Shown: piece by piece, positions 35,151 through 44,071 of the stretch | Position numbering within the stretch: the stretch's first letter is position 1 | How the letters are laid out: each line of letters begins with the position of its first letter | From: Chloroflexota bacterium | GTDB taxonomy: Bacteria; Chloroflexota; Dehalococcoidia; DSTF01; RBG-16-68-14 | Assembly: GCA_022561355.1 (NCBI GenBank) | Contig: JADFRJ010000001.1 | Coordinates: 1 to 57,081, forward strand | Direction: 5' to 3' | DNA: 57,081 bases | The notes under the pieces: model-generated | The model's database searches: none | The model's input: only the letters and a program-made list of their open reading frames with translations | What the model was told of the DNA's origin: nothing | Translations under genes and position numbers: made by a program

Positions 35151-35209
35151 ATTAGTTTAGGTGAGACCATTCGGCTCTACCTAACTATGTTAGCGAGCGC
35201 TAGAATAGG
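35151..35209 (+). promoter_or_regulatory. candidate operator/promoter composite in the divergent region between the LLM pseudogene and A5
   Basis: The sequence is ATTAGTTTAGGTGAGACCATTCGGCTCTACCTAACTATGTTAGCGAGCGCTAGAATAGG. The inverted arms TAGTTTAGGT and ACCTAACTA flank a degenerate Box1, and Box2 follows. The A5 ATG is 21 nt downstream. Confidence 0.45.
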
Positions 35210-35230
35210 CGCCAGATCGAGAGGTGTCCA

Positions 35231-38020
35231 ATGTCACAGGAGGAATCACGACGATTGAAATCGGGCAGCATGTCGCAACCATGGGCGGAGGCGTATCGGG
35301 AGAGATGGAAGTGGGACAAGATCGCCTGGGGCACCCATTGTGTCGATTGCTATCCATCAAACTGTCCGTATCGCGTCTATGTGCGGGATGGTAAGGTCGT
35401 TCGCGAGGAGCCAGGCGGCACGTACGAGGTAGTAGAAGAGGGTGTTCCGGACATGAACCCGTCCGGTTGCCAGAAGGGGGCGGCCTGGAGCCAGATGCTG
35501 TACGGCAAGGAACGTCTGCTCCATCCCGTACGGCGCGCGGGTGAGCGTGGCGAGGGCAAATGGGAGCAGGTCTCCTGGGACGAGGCGCTCACCGAAATCG
35601 CCGACGCTATGCTGGACGCGATTCAGGAATCGGGGCCCGAATCGATCGTGCGCATCGGGACGCCGGGGCAGGGCGGCACGCAGAGCATGGTTCTTGGGGG
35701 CGGGGTCCTTTCACGTATTGGCGCTACGCATACGGACGTCCAATCCGAGATCAACGACTTCAATCCGGGCGTCTACACGACGTTCGGGCGGTTCGATCCG
35801 TGCCCGAGCAACGACGACTGGTTTCATTCAAAGTTGCTGCTGATCTGGGCGAATAATCCCGCCTACAGTTCGATCCCGACGTTCCACTACATCGCCGAGG
35901 CGCGCTACAACGGCGGCGAAGTTGTCGTTATCGCGCCCGACTACAGCCCTTCCGCGATCCACGCCGACTATCATCTTGCCGTCCGCATCGGTTCCGATGC
36001 CGCGCTGGCCCTCTCCATGTGTCGCGTCATCATCGACGAGGGCCTGATGGACAAGGCGTTCGTCGCGGAGCAGACCGACCTGGGCCTGCTGGTGCGCGTT
36101 GACAACGGCCGCTTCCTGCGCGAGTCGGATGTCCAAGAGGGCGGCTCTGATGAGGTCTTCCATCTCTACGATACCCGCGGCGGCCAGATTGTCGAAGCGC
36201 CCCGCACGCTCGATTTGGGCGAGATCGAGCCGGCCTTAGCGGGCTCGTACACGGCGACACTCGCGGACGGGACGCAGCTAGAGGTGCAACCGGCGTTCGA
36301 GCGTCTGCGGGAACGCCTGCAGGATTACGCGCCGGACGACGCATCGCTCATCTGCGGCATCCATGCGGATACGATTCGGACCCTAGCGCGCAAGGCGGCG
36401 ACGCGGACCACGCGGATCCTTCTCGGGTGGACGCTGGGCAAGTCCTATCACGGAGATTTGATGGAGCGTTCGCTCTGTCTGCTGCTGGCGCTCACCGGCA
36501 ACTGGGGGAAGAAGGGCGCGGGCATTCGTAGCTGGGCGGTCGGCATGTTCGATGGGCCGTTCCTGCTGGCTTCCAAACCGCGTCCTGGCCAGGACGCGAC
36601 GCGAGAGATGTTCAAGGTCCAGCAGGCGATGATGGACAGCGTGCTCGCGAATGATCCGGCGCTCACTCCGGAAATCCTGATGACGGAGATGGGCTACCAA
36701 GGCGCCGCTGTGGGAGGCGGGATTCCGTCGGCCGTCTTCTGGTACAACCATTGCGGCTATCGTGAGGCCTGGAACACCGCCGAGTGGAACGATCCTTCTA
36801 TGAAGCGTTCGTTTGATGAGTACGTGGATGAAGCGATCAAAAAAGGGTGGTGGCAGGGCGCCGCTCAGCGCTCTCGAGACACGCCACCGCGCGTGATGTT
36901 CGAGATTGGCGGGAACATGCTCCGGCGTCAGCGTGGCGGGCAGCGTATGCTATTGGAGCACCTCTGGCCGAAGCTGAAGATGATCGTCTCGATCGACTGG
37001 CGCATCACGACGACGGGGCTCTACTCCGACATCATCCTGCCGGCGGCACAGCACTACGAGAAGCCGAACTTCCCGTACACGACCCCGGACATCATGACGC
37101 TCACGCTGTCGGACCGGGCCGTCGAGCCGGCAGGGGAGTCCCGCTCGGAGTGGCAAATCGACCAGATGCTTGCGAAGAAGCTAGGCGAACGGGCGAAGGC
37201 GCGCGACTTCGTAGAGATGCCGGTCGAGGGTGGCGGCTCGGTGCGGCTCGACAGGCTCTATGAGGACATCACGATGGATGGCGCGCTCTCGGATGACGAC
37301 GCCGTGATCGACGAGATGATCCGCGATTCCGCCGTGCTCGGTAACATCCCTGCTGACACGACGCTCGAATCGCTGCGGGAGACCGGGTTCGTGCGCTTCA
37401 CGGGCTGGGGACGCTCGCCGATGGCGCTGGCGCAGGCGTCCGATCTTCTGCCGGATGAGACGCACTCGCCATTTCGTTGGCAGACGGAAAAGAAAGAGCC
37501 GTTCCCCACACTGACGCGGCGCGCGCAGTTCTACATCGACCACGAGTGGTTCTTGGAGGCCGGTGAGGAGCTGCCCGCGCACAAAGAGGCGCCCGCCCAC
37601 GGCGGCGGCTATCCGTTGCAGATCACGAGCGGCCACCCACGCTGGAGCGTTAACTCCATGAATAGCACCAGCAATATCATCCTCGGTACGTCACGAGGTG
37701 AACCCGTCGTTCACATCAACGACCGGGATGCTGCTGCGCGCGGCATAGAGAATGGGCAGGACATCCGCGTCTATAACGATTGTTCTTCGCTGACGGTCCA
37801 GGCTCGCGTGACACCGGCCGTCCAGCCCGGCCAGGTGATCAGCTACAACGGCTGGGAGCCGTACCAGTTCAAGGGCTGGCAGGACATCTCCAATCTTGAG
37901 CCTGGCATGGTGAAGTGGCTCCACTTAGCGGGCGGCTACGGACACCTTCGCTATCGAGCCATGCACTGGCAACCCGTGCCTATCGACCGTGGTGTTCGGG
38001 TCGATATCGCCCCGGCATAG
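35231..38020 (+). CDS. type II DMSO-reductase-family alpha subunit A5 (no signal peptide, no adjacent beta)
   Basis: 929 aa. Motifs: GTHCVDCYPSNCPYRVYVRDGKVVREE, NPSGCQKG, NDFNPGVYTTFGRF and KWLHLAGGYGHLRYR. GAGAGGTG RBS. Confidence 0.9.
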   Translation: MSQEESRRLKSGSMSQPWAEAYRERWKWDKIAWGTHCVDCYPSNCPYRVYVRDGKVVREEPGGTYEVVEEGVPDMNPSGCQKGAAWSQMLYGKERLLHPVRRAGERGEGKWEQVSWDEALTEIADAMLDAIQESGPESIVRIGTPGQGGTQSMVLGGGVLSRIGATHTDVQSEINDFNPGVYTTFGRFDPCPSNDDWFHSKLLLIWANNPAYSSIPTFHYIAEARYNGGEVVVIAPDYSPSAIHADYHLAVRIGSDAALALSMCRVIIDEGLMDKAFVAEQTDLGLLVRVDNGRFLRESDVQEGGSDEVFHLYDTRGGQIVEAPRTLDLGEIEPALAGSYTATLADGTQLEVQPAFERLRERLQDYAPDDASLICGIHADTIRTLARKAATRTTRILLGWTLGKSYHGDLMERSLCLLLALTGNWGKKGAGIRSWAVGMFDGPFLLASKPRPGQDATREMFKVQQAMMDSVLANDPALTPEILMTEMGYQGAAVGGGIPSAVFWYNHCGYREAWNTAEWNDPSMKRSFDEYVDEAIKKGWWQGAAQRSRDTPPRVMFEIGGNMLRRQRGGQRMLLEHLWPKLKMIVSIDWRITTTGLYSDIILPAAQHYEKPNFPYTTPDIMTLTLSDRAVEPAGESRSEWQIDQMLAKKLGERAKARDFVEMPVEGGGSVRLDRLYEDITMDGALSDDDAVIDEMIRDSAVLGNIPADTTLESLRETGFVRFTGWGRSPMALAQASDLLPDETHSPFRWQTEKKEPFPTLTRRAQFYIDHEWFLEAGEELPAHKEAPAHGGGYPLQITSGHPRWSVNSMNSTSNIILGTSRGEPVVHINDRDAAARGIENGQDIRVYNDCSSLTVQARVTPAVQPGQVISYNGWEPYQFKGWQDISNLEPGMVKWLHLAGGYGHLRYRAMHWQPVPIDRGVRVDIAPA

Positions 38021-38114
38021 AGTGCGCTGCTTAGGTGGCGCTGCTCTCCAGTGTCGATTGGCATGCTGGTGGGCCGGCATCAGACCACAATGTTGCCTAC
38101 GGCCCGTGGTGAAC

Positions 38115-38128
38115 GGGCCATCCGGCCC
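38115..38128. promoter_or_regulatory. Box1-type palindrome GGGCCATCCGGCCC upstream of the small ORF / A6 operon
   Basis: Read directly. It overlaps a second hairpin, GGCCCGT-N5-ACGGGCC (38101-38119). Confidence 0.3.
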
Positions 38129-38143
38129 TCGCCCCGCACGGCT

Positions 38144-38169
38144 TGCTTTTGCGATAGTGAGCAAAAGCA
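38144..38169 (+). promoter_or_regulatory. 9-bp inverted repeat TGCTTTTGC-N8-GCAAAAGCA, 34 nt upstream of the small-ORF start
   Basis: Perfect arms read directly. It is AT-richer than its surroundings and no U-tract follows, so an operator or 5'-UTR hairpin is more likely than a terminator. Confidence 0.3.
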
Positions 38170-38202
38170 CAAATGGAGCTTACGAGAGGGAGATAGACAA
38201 GC

Positions 38203-38508
38203 ATGGGAAGTGCTGGGGGCCCTAAGCTCACGAAGGATTTCGAGCCTGACGACCCTTTGGAGTTGGTTGGCGTTGGGCTGGCGGAGCCGCCCGATGACGC
38301 GGCATTGGACGAGATGGCGTGCTCGATCGTCGAAGAGTACATGCGCATGGGCTGGACGGGCGAAAACATCATGCGCCTCTTTCGTAACCCGGCGTTTCAC
38401 ATGACGCACAACATCCTGCGTCTCAAAGGCGAGGTATACGTGCAGGGCCTCGTCGCGTCCGTGGATCGGATGCGCAGCGAACTTCAGCGGTCGGGAGATG
38501 GATCATGA
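38203..38508 (+). CDS. small hypothetical protein (101 aa), translationally coupled to A6
   Basis: GAGGGAG RBS. Balanced amino-acid composition with an acidic N-terminal half and a helical-looking C-terminal half. The stop overlaps the A6 ATG (ATGA at 38505-38508). I recognise no family. Confidence 0.5.
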   Translation: MGSAGGPKLTKDFEPDDPLELVGVGLAEPPDDAALDEMACSIVEEYMRMGWTGENIMRLFRNPAFHMTHNILRLKGEVYVQGLVASVDRMRSELQRSGDGS

Positions 38509-38594
38509 AGCCACTAAGCCGTCGTACGTTTCTCAAGCTAGCTGGCGGCGCAACCGCGGCAGGCGTCGCGTTGGGCAGCCCTGCCGTTCTTGCG
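38505..38594 (+). other. Tat signal peptide of A6
   Basis: S-R-R-T-F-L-K, then an Ala/Gly-rich h-region, then a possible VLA cleavage context. Confidence 0.8.
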
Positions 38595-41500
38595 CTGCGC
38601 CGCTTCCAGCCGGTTGCTATCGGCAACCCGCTGGAAGACTACCCGAGCCGCGATTGGGAGACGGTCTATCGCGATCAGTATGGCTACGACGGCAGCTTTA
38701 CGTGGGTCTGCTCTCCCAACGACACGCACGCGTGCCGGCTGCGCGCGTTCACGCGAAACGGCATCGTGACGCGGATTGAGCAGAATTACGATAGCGGCAA
38801 CATCACGGACATCGAGGGTAACAAGGCAACCGCCCACTGGAACCCGCGAGGCTGCGAGAAAGGGCTCTCGATGCACCGGCGCGTCTACGGGCCCTACCGC
38901 CTGCAGCACCCAATGATCCGTCAGGGATGGAAGCAGTGGGCGGACGATGGCTTCCCTGAGCTGACACCGGAGAACCGCGACAAGTATCTGTTCACCGACC
39001 GTGGTCACGATACATTCGCCCGCGTCTCTTGGGATGAGGCGCACGACTATGCCGCCCGTGGCATGATCGCGGTCGCGGAAGCGTACAGCGGCGATGAGGG
39101 CGCGCGCCGGCTGGAGGCCGAAGGCTACCAGCCGGAGATGATCGAGGCGATGCACGGCGCCGGAACACGCACGATCAAACTGCGCGGCGGCATGGGTTTG
39201 CTCGGCGTCATCGGCAAGTACGGCATGTACCGCTTTTCCAATACGCTGGCCTTCCTCGACAGCCACGTACGCGGCATCGATGTCGACGATGCGCTGGGCG
39301 GTCGCAGCTGGTCGAACTACACCTGGCACGGCGACCAGGCACCGGGACAGCCGTTTGTCCACGGCCTGCAGACGTCCGACTGCGACTTCAACGACATGAT
39401 CTACACGAAGCTGCACATCCATGCGGGCGTCAACATGATCGAGAACAAGATGCCCGATACGCACTTCTTCTACAACACAATGGAACGCGGCGGGAAGATC
39501 GTGATCATCTCGCCCGAGTACAGCCCCCAGGCCACCAAAGCGGACTACTGGCTCTCCGTCCGGCCGGGCATCTCTGACACCGCCATCTTTTTAGGTGTGT
39601 CGAAGATCATCATGGACAACGGCTGGCATGATGAGGCCTACGTCAAACAGTTCTCCGACTTCCCTCTGCTCGTGCGAACGGACAACCTGAAGCGTCTGCG
39701 CGCGAGCGAAGTCTTCCCCAACTACCAGTCGAGCCTGTCTCAGGACGGTCCCAGCTTCGCGCTCCAGGGCCTGAAGCAGGAGCAGCATGAGCAGCTCGGC
39801 GACTTCGTCGTGTTCGACAACAACAGCAACAGCCTCAAGGCGCTCACTCGCGACGACCTTGGCGATCGCATGGTGCAGAAGGGCATCGACCCGACGCTGG
39901 AGTATCAGGAGACGATCACGCTCGTGGACGGCAGCGAGGTCGAGGTGATGACGCTGTGGGAGATGTACAAGATCAACCTGCGCGACTACGACCTAGACAC
40001 CGTGCATGAGATCTGCGGCGCCCCGAAGGACCTCATCGAGCAGCTTGCCAAGGACATCGCGACGATCAAGCCCGTCGCGATTCACGTCGGCGAAGGCATC
40101 CAGCACTGGTTCCACGCCACGCTGCACAACCGGGCGACCTACCTGCCGTTGATCCTGACCGGGAACATTGGAATGAAGGGCGCGGGGTGCCACCAGTGGG
40201 CCGGGAACTACAAGGCTGCGCTCTTCCAGGCTTCTCCGTGGACAGGCCCGGGCTTCAAGGGCTGGATCGCCGAGGACCCGCTCCGGCCGAACCTGGACCC
40301 GAACGCGTCGGGCTCGGACATTCTGGTGAAGAACCACGCCAAGGACGAGGAGCCGGCCTACTGGAACCACGGCGACCAGGCGCTGATCGTGGACACACCC
40401 TCGCAGGGACGCAAGAACTTCACCGGTGAAACTCACATGCCGACGCCCACGAAGGTGATGTGGTTCAACAACGTGAACATCATCAACAACGCCAAGTGGG
40501 CCTACCACATGATCAAGAACGTCAACCCGAAGGTCGACATGATCGTCAACCAGGACATCGAGATGACGGCTACGGGCGAGTACTCGGACATCTTGCTTCC
40601 AGCCAACTCCTGGATGGAGTTCCAGCAGTTGGAAGTAACGGCGTCCTGTTCGAATCCCTTCCTCCAGATCTGGGGCAAGGGAGGCATCAAGCCGCTCTAC
40701 GACTCGGAAGACGACATCACGATTATCGCCAACATGGCGGCCAAGCTCGCCGACCTGCTAGACGACTCACGGATCAGGGACTACTGGAAGTTTGCCCTAG
40801 AGGGGCGGCCGGAAGTCTACCTGCAGCGCTTGTTGGACGCTTCCACCACTACCAAGGGATACAAGGTCGACGACATCATGGCCGGCAAGTATGGGGAGCC
40901 GGGCGCGGCCCTGATGCTCTTCCGTACGTACCCGCGCGTTCCCTTCTACGAGCAGATGGTAGATAACGTTCCCTTCTATACGGACACGGGGAGACTCAAC
41001 TCATACTGCGATATCCCGGAAGCAATCGAGTACGGCGAGAACTTCATCGTCCACCGGGAAGGACCGGAGGCGACGCCGTATCTGCCAAACGTCATCGTCA
41101 GCACGAACCCATACATCCGGCCGGAGAACTACGGCATCACTCCGGAGATGCTCCAGAGCGAGGTGCTCGACGGCGAGTTGCGGACGATCGCGAACAACAA
41201 GATGTCCTGGGAAGAGGTGAAGAACACGAAGAATACGCTCTGGGAGAAGGGCTTCAGCTTCTACTGTCTGACGCCCAAGACCCGCCACCGCGTGCACTCG
41301 CAGTGGGGCAACGTCGACTGGCACCAGATATGGGACTCCAACTTCACCGACCCATATCGGCGGGACACACGAATGCCCGGCGTCGGCGAGCATCAGGTCC
41401 ACATCAACCCAGAAGCGGCCAAGGACCTCGGCATCGAGGACGGCGACTACGTGTACGTCGACGCGAACCCGGCCGACCGGCCCTACGTGGGCTGGTCGGA

Positions 41501-41981
41501 GGACGATCCGTTCTACAAGGTTGCGCGCCTGATGCTGCGCGCCCGGTACAACCCGTCGTATCCGTACAACGTCATCATGATGAAACACGCGACCAGCATG
41601 GCGACGGAACGAACGGTGCGCGCGCATGAGACGCGGCCGGACGGCCGGGCCCTGTCCGAGGACACCGGCTATCAGGCGAACCTGCGCTATGGCTCCCAGC
41701 AGAGCCTCACGCGCGACTGGGCGATGCCCATGCACCAGACGGACACGCTGTTCCACAAGGCGAAGGTGGCCACGGCCTTTATCTTCGGCGGCGAGGCCGA
41801 CAACCACGCGATCAATACCGTGCCGAAGGAAACGCTGGTGCGGGTGACGAAAGCAGAGCCGGGAGGACTCGGGGGCAGGGGCGTCTGGACACCCGGCACA
41901 AGCGGCAAGACCCCGGCGGCAGAGGATGCTGACATGAACAAGTACCTGGCCGGCGGCTTCATTCAGACGCGTGAAAGCTAG
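38505..41981 (+). CDS. Tat-exported NxrA/NarG-like type II DMSO-reductase-family alpha subunit A6 (periplasmic NXR type)
   Basis: 1158 aa. Tat signal MKPLSRRTFLKLAGGATAAGVALGSPAVLA. FS0 region WVCSPNDTHACRLRAFTRNGIV...NPRGCEKG. Mo-ligand region WHGDQAPGQPFVHGLQTSD. It is followed by an NxrB-like beta gene. Confidence 0.88.
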   Translation: MKPLSRRTFLKLAGGATAAGVALGSPAVLALRRFQPVAIGNPLEDYPSRDWETVYRDQYGYDGSFTWVCSPNDTHACRLRAFTRNGIVTRIEQNYDSGNITDIEGNKATAHWNPRGCEKGLSMHRRVYGPYRLQHPMIRQGWKQWADDGFPELTPENRDKYLFTDRGHDTFARVSWDEAHDYAARGMIAVAEAYSGDEGARRLEAEGYQPEMIEAMHGAGTRTIKLRGGMGLLGVIGKYGMYRFSNTLAFLDSHVRGIDVDDALGGRSWSNYTWHGDQAPGQPFVHGLQTSDCDFNDMIYTKLHIHAGVNMIENKMPDTHFFYNTMERGGKIVIISPEYSPQATKADYWLSVRPGISDTAIFLGVSKIIMDNGWHDEAYVKQFSDFPLLVRTDNLKRLRASEVFPNYQSSLSQDGPSFALQGLKQEQHEQLGDFVVFDNNSNSLKALTRDDLGDRMVQKGIDPTLEYQETITLVDGSEVEVMTLWEMYKINLRDYDLDTVHEICGAPKDLIEQLAKDIATIKPVAIHVGEGIQHWFHATLHNRATYLPLILTGNIGMKGAGCHQWAGNYKAALFQASPWTGPGFKGWIAEDPLRPNLDPNASGSDILVKNHAKDEEPAYWNHGDQALIVDTPSQGRKNFTGETHMPTPTKVMWFNNVNIINNAKWAYHMIKNVNPKVDMIVNQDIEMTATGEYSDILLPANSWMEFQQLEVTASCSNPFLQIWGKGGIKPLYDSEDDITIIANMAAKLADLLDDSRIRDYWKFALEGRPEVYLQRLLDASTTTKGYKVDDIMAGKYGEPGAALMLFRTYPRVPFYEQMVDNVPFYTDTGRLNSYCDIPEAIEYGENFIVHREGPEATPYLPNVIVSTNPYIRPENYGITPEMLQSEVLDGELRTIANNKMSWEEVKNTKNTLWEKGFSFYCLTPKTRHRVHSQWGNVDWHQIWDSNFTDPYRRDTRMPGVGEHQVHINPEAAKDLGIEDGDYVYVDANPADRPYVGWSEDDPFYKVARLMLRARYNPSYPYNVIMMKHATSMATERTVRAHETRPDGRALSEDTGYQANLRYGSQQSLTRDWAMPMHQTDTLFHKAKVATAFIFGGEADNHAINTVPKETLVRVTKAEPGGLGGRGVWTPGTSGKTPAAEDADMNKYLAGGFIQTRES

Positions 41982-42007
41982 CTCCCGGAAGGCTGGAGGT
42001 CGTAATA

Positions 42008-43273
42008 ATGGCTAAGGTTCACAACTGGCAGCTAGGGCGGGAGATGGACTACCGCTTCCCGGAGGTCCATCCAGACCGGCAGTTCGTCGCCGTGTTCAAC
42101 ATCAACAGGTGTATCGCGTGTCAGACCTGCACGTTCGCTTGCAAGTCAACGTGGACGTACAGCCGCGGCCAGGAGTTGATGTGGTGGAACAACGTCGAGA
42201 CCAAGCCGTATGGGGGCTACCCGCACCACTGGGACATCAAGCTCCTCCAGCTGCTGAACGACGCCAATCCAGGCGGCCAGACATGGGACGCATCTACGCA
42301 GAGCGACGACGCGCCGTACGGCGAGTTCAAGGGCATGACGATCTTCGAGGCCGGCGCCGCGGAGGGGAAAGACAGCGCTATCGGCTACCTCCCGACCGAG
42401 GAGGACTGGACGTCTCCGAACTTCTATGAAGACACGGCGAAAGGCAACCCGGGGGTGCCGAACGAGTACCATCCGGAGGGCGCGCAGCTTCCGGAGCACA
42501 ACACGTGGTTCTTCTACCTGCAGCGCATCTGCAACCACTGCACGTACCCCGGTTGCGTATCGGCCTGCCCCCGCAACGCCATCTACAAGCGGCCGGAGGA
42601 TGGCATCGTCCTCATCGATCAGGAGCGCTGCCGCGGCTACCAGAAGTGCGTGGAGCAGTGCCCCTACAAGAAGTCGATGTACCGGCCGAACCAGCAGGTC
42701 AGCGAGAAGTGCATCGGCTGCTATCCGCGAGTTGAGGGAAGCGACCCAATTACGGACGGTGTGCCGATGGAGACGCGTTGTGTGGCGACGTGCGTCGGAA
42801 AGATCCGTCTACAGGGCCTCGTGGACATCCAGGACGGCGAGTGGGTAGAAGCGCCAACCAATCCGCTCTACTACCTGGTGCGGAAGGAGCAGGTGGCGCT
42901 GCCGCTCTACCCCCAGTTTGGCACGGAGCCGAACGTCTACTACATCCCGCCCCGATGGGTTCCGCGTGAGTACCTGCGCCAACTGTTCGGCCCCGGTGTC
43001 GATCAGGCCATCGACCGATACACCAATCCGTCTCGCGAGCTGCAGGCGGTGCTCCAGCTCTTCCGCTCCACGCAGAAGATCATCTTCCGCTACGAGATTG
43101 AGGAGGGCGAGGAGATCATGGATACCGAAGTCAACGGCCGCCGCGTGCAGATCTTCAACGATACGATCATCGGCTTCGACGGCAATGACCAGGAGGCGGT
43201 GCGAATCTCCGTGGAAGAGCCGTTTCACATTCGAAACGGCGAATTCGCGGGACAGTTCCAGAACTCCATCTAG
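42008..43273 (+). CDS. NxrB/NarH-like four-cluster Fe-S beta subunit B6
   Basis: The N-terminus MAKVHNWQLGREMDY...FVAVFNINRCIACQTCTFACKSTWT..GQELMWWNNVETKPYGGYP matches my recollection of Nitrospira/Kuenenia NxrB. Further clusters: CNHCTYPGCVSACP, CRGYQKCVEQCP and CIGCYPRVEG...CVATCVGKIR. Confidence 0.88.
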   Translation: MAKVHNWQLGREMDYRFPEVHPDRQFVAVFNINRCIACQTCTFACKSTWTYSRGQELMWWNNVETKPYGGYPHHWDIKLLQLLNDANPGGQTWDASTQSDDAPYGEFKGMTIFEAGAAEGKDSAIGYLPTEEDWTSPNFYEDTAKGNPGVPNEYHPEGAQLPEHNTWFFYLQRICNHCTYPGCVSACPRNAIYKRPEDGIVLIDQERCRGYQKCVEQCPYKKSMYRPNQQVSEKCIGCYPRVEGSDPITDGVPMETRCVATCVGKIRLQGLVDIQDGEWVEAPTNPLYYLVRKEQVALPLYPQFGTEPNVYYIPPRWVPREYLRQLFGPGVDQAIDRYTNPSRELQAVLQLFRSTQKIIFRYEIEEGEEIMDTEVNGRRVQIFNDTIIGFDGNDQEAVRISVEEPFHIRNGEFAGQFQNSI

Positions 43274-43288
43274 ATCGGAGGACGGGCG

Positions 43289-44071
43289 ATGACAACGCAG
43301 ACGATCGAATTGAGAAAGGAACAGGTGGCCACGTACCACCTGGCCCGTAGCGCGGCCTATCGGCTGTTGTCCCAGGCGACGGTCTATCCCACCGGTGAGG
43401 TCGTCGCCGCGCTGAGCGACGAGGACCTGTCGCAGGCGCAGGCGGCCGCCGCGGTCCTGGGAGCCCCTTTCTCCGAGCGCCTGGGCGTGTTTGAGCGAGA
43501 GCTGCACGCAGCGTCTCCGGAGCAGCTTCAGGACCAGCACCGGCGCATTTTCTCGCACATCCTATCGCTGGACTGTCCGCCCTGCGAGACCGTGTACACC
43601 GCGAGCGAGATCTTCCAAGAGACGGACCACCTGAGCGATATCGCTGGCTTCTTCCGGGCGTTCGGCATGGAGCTGGCCGAGAAGGAGCGTCCGGATCATA
43701 TCAGCATCGAGCTTGAGTTCATGCACCTCGTCACCTGCAAAGAAGCGGTCGCGCAGCTGCGTCATGGACCCGAGAAGGCGCGATTGTGCCGCGTGGTGCA
43801 GCGAAAGTTCATGGAGGACCACCTGGGACGCTGGGGGCAGCAGTTCGCCCGGCAGCTCGAACGCCAGGCGCCCGCAGGCTACTTCCGAGCGGTCGCCAGG
43901 CTCCTCGATGCGTTCCTTGCCGCTGAGGTTAGCTATCTGCGCGCGAAACCCGAGGTCTTGCGAGTGAATTCTGACTGGCGGACGAAGCTTGACGAGGAAG
44001 GCTGTTCGACTACAGATGGGTGCCCACTCGTGGAGTCAGGAGAAGACAATGGAAACCTTATCCAGCTCTAA
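43289..44071 (+). CDS. NarJ/TorD-family delta chaperone D6
   Basis: 260 aa. Contains HRRIFSH...CPPCETVY and RPDHISIELEFMHLVTCKE, parallel to D1. GGAGGA RBS. Confidence 0.8.
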   Translation: MTTQTIELRKEQVATYHLARSAAYRLLSQATVYPTGEVVAALSDEDLSQAQAAAAVLGAPFSERLGVFERELHAASPEQLQDQHRRIFSHILSLDCPPCETVYTASEIFQETDHLSDIAGFFRAFGMELAEKERPDHISIELEFMHLVTCKEAVAQLRHGPEKARLCRVVQRKFMEDHLGRWGQQFARQLERQAPAGYFRAVARLLDAFLAAEVSYLRAKPEVLRVNSDWRTKLDEEGCSTTDGCPLVESGEDNGNLIQL

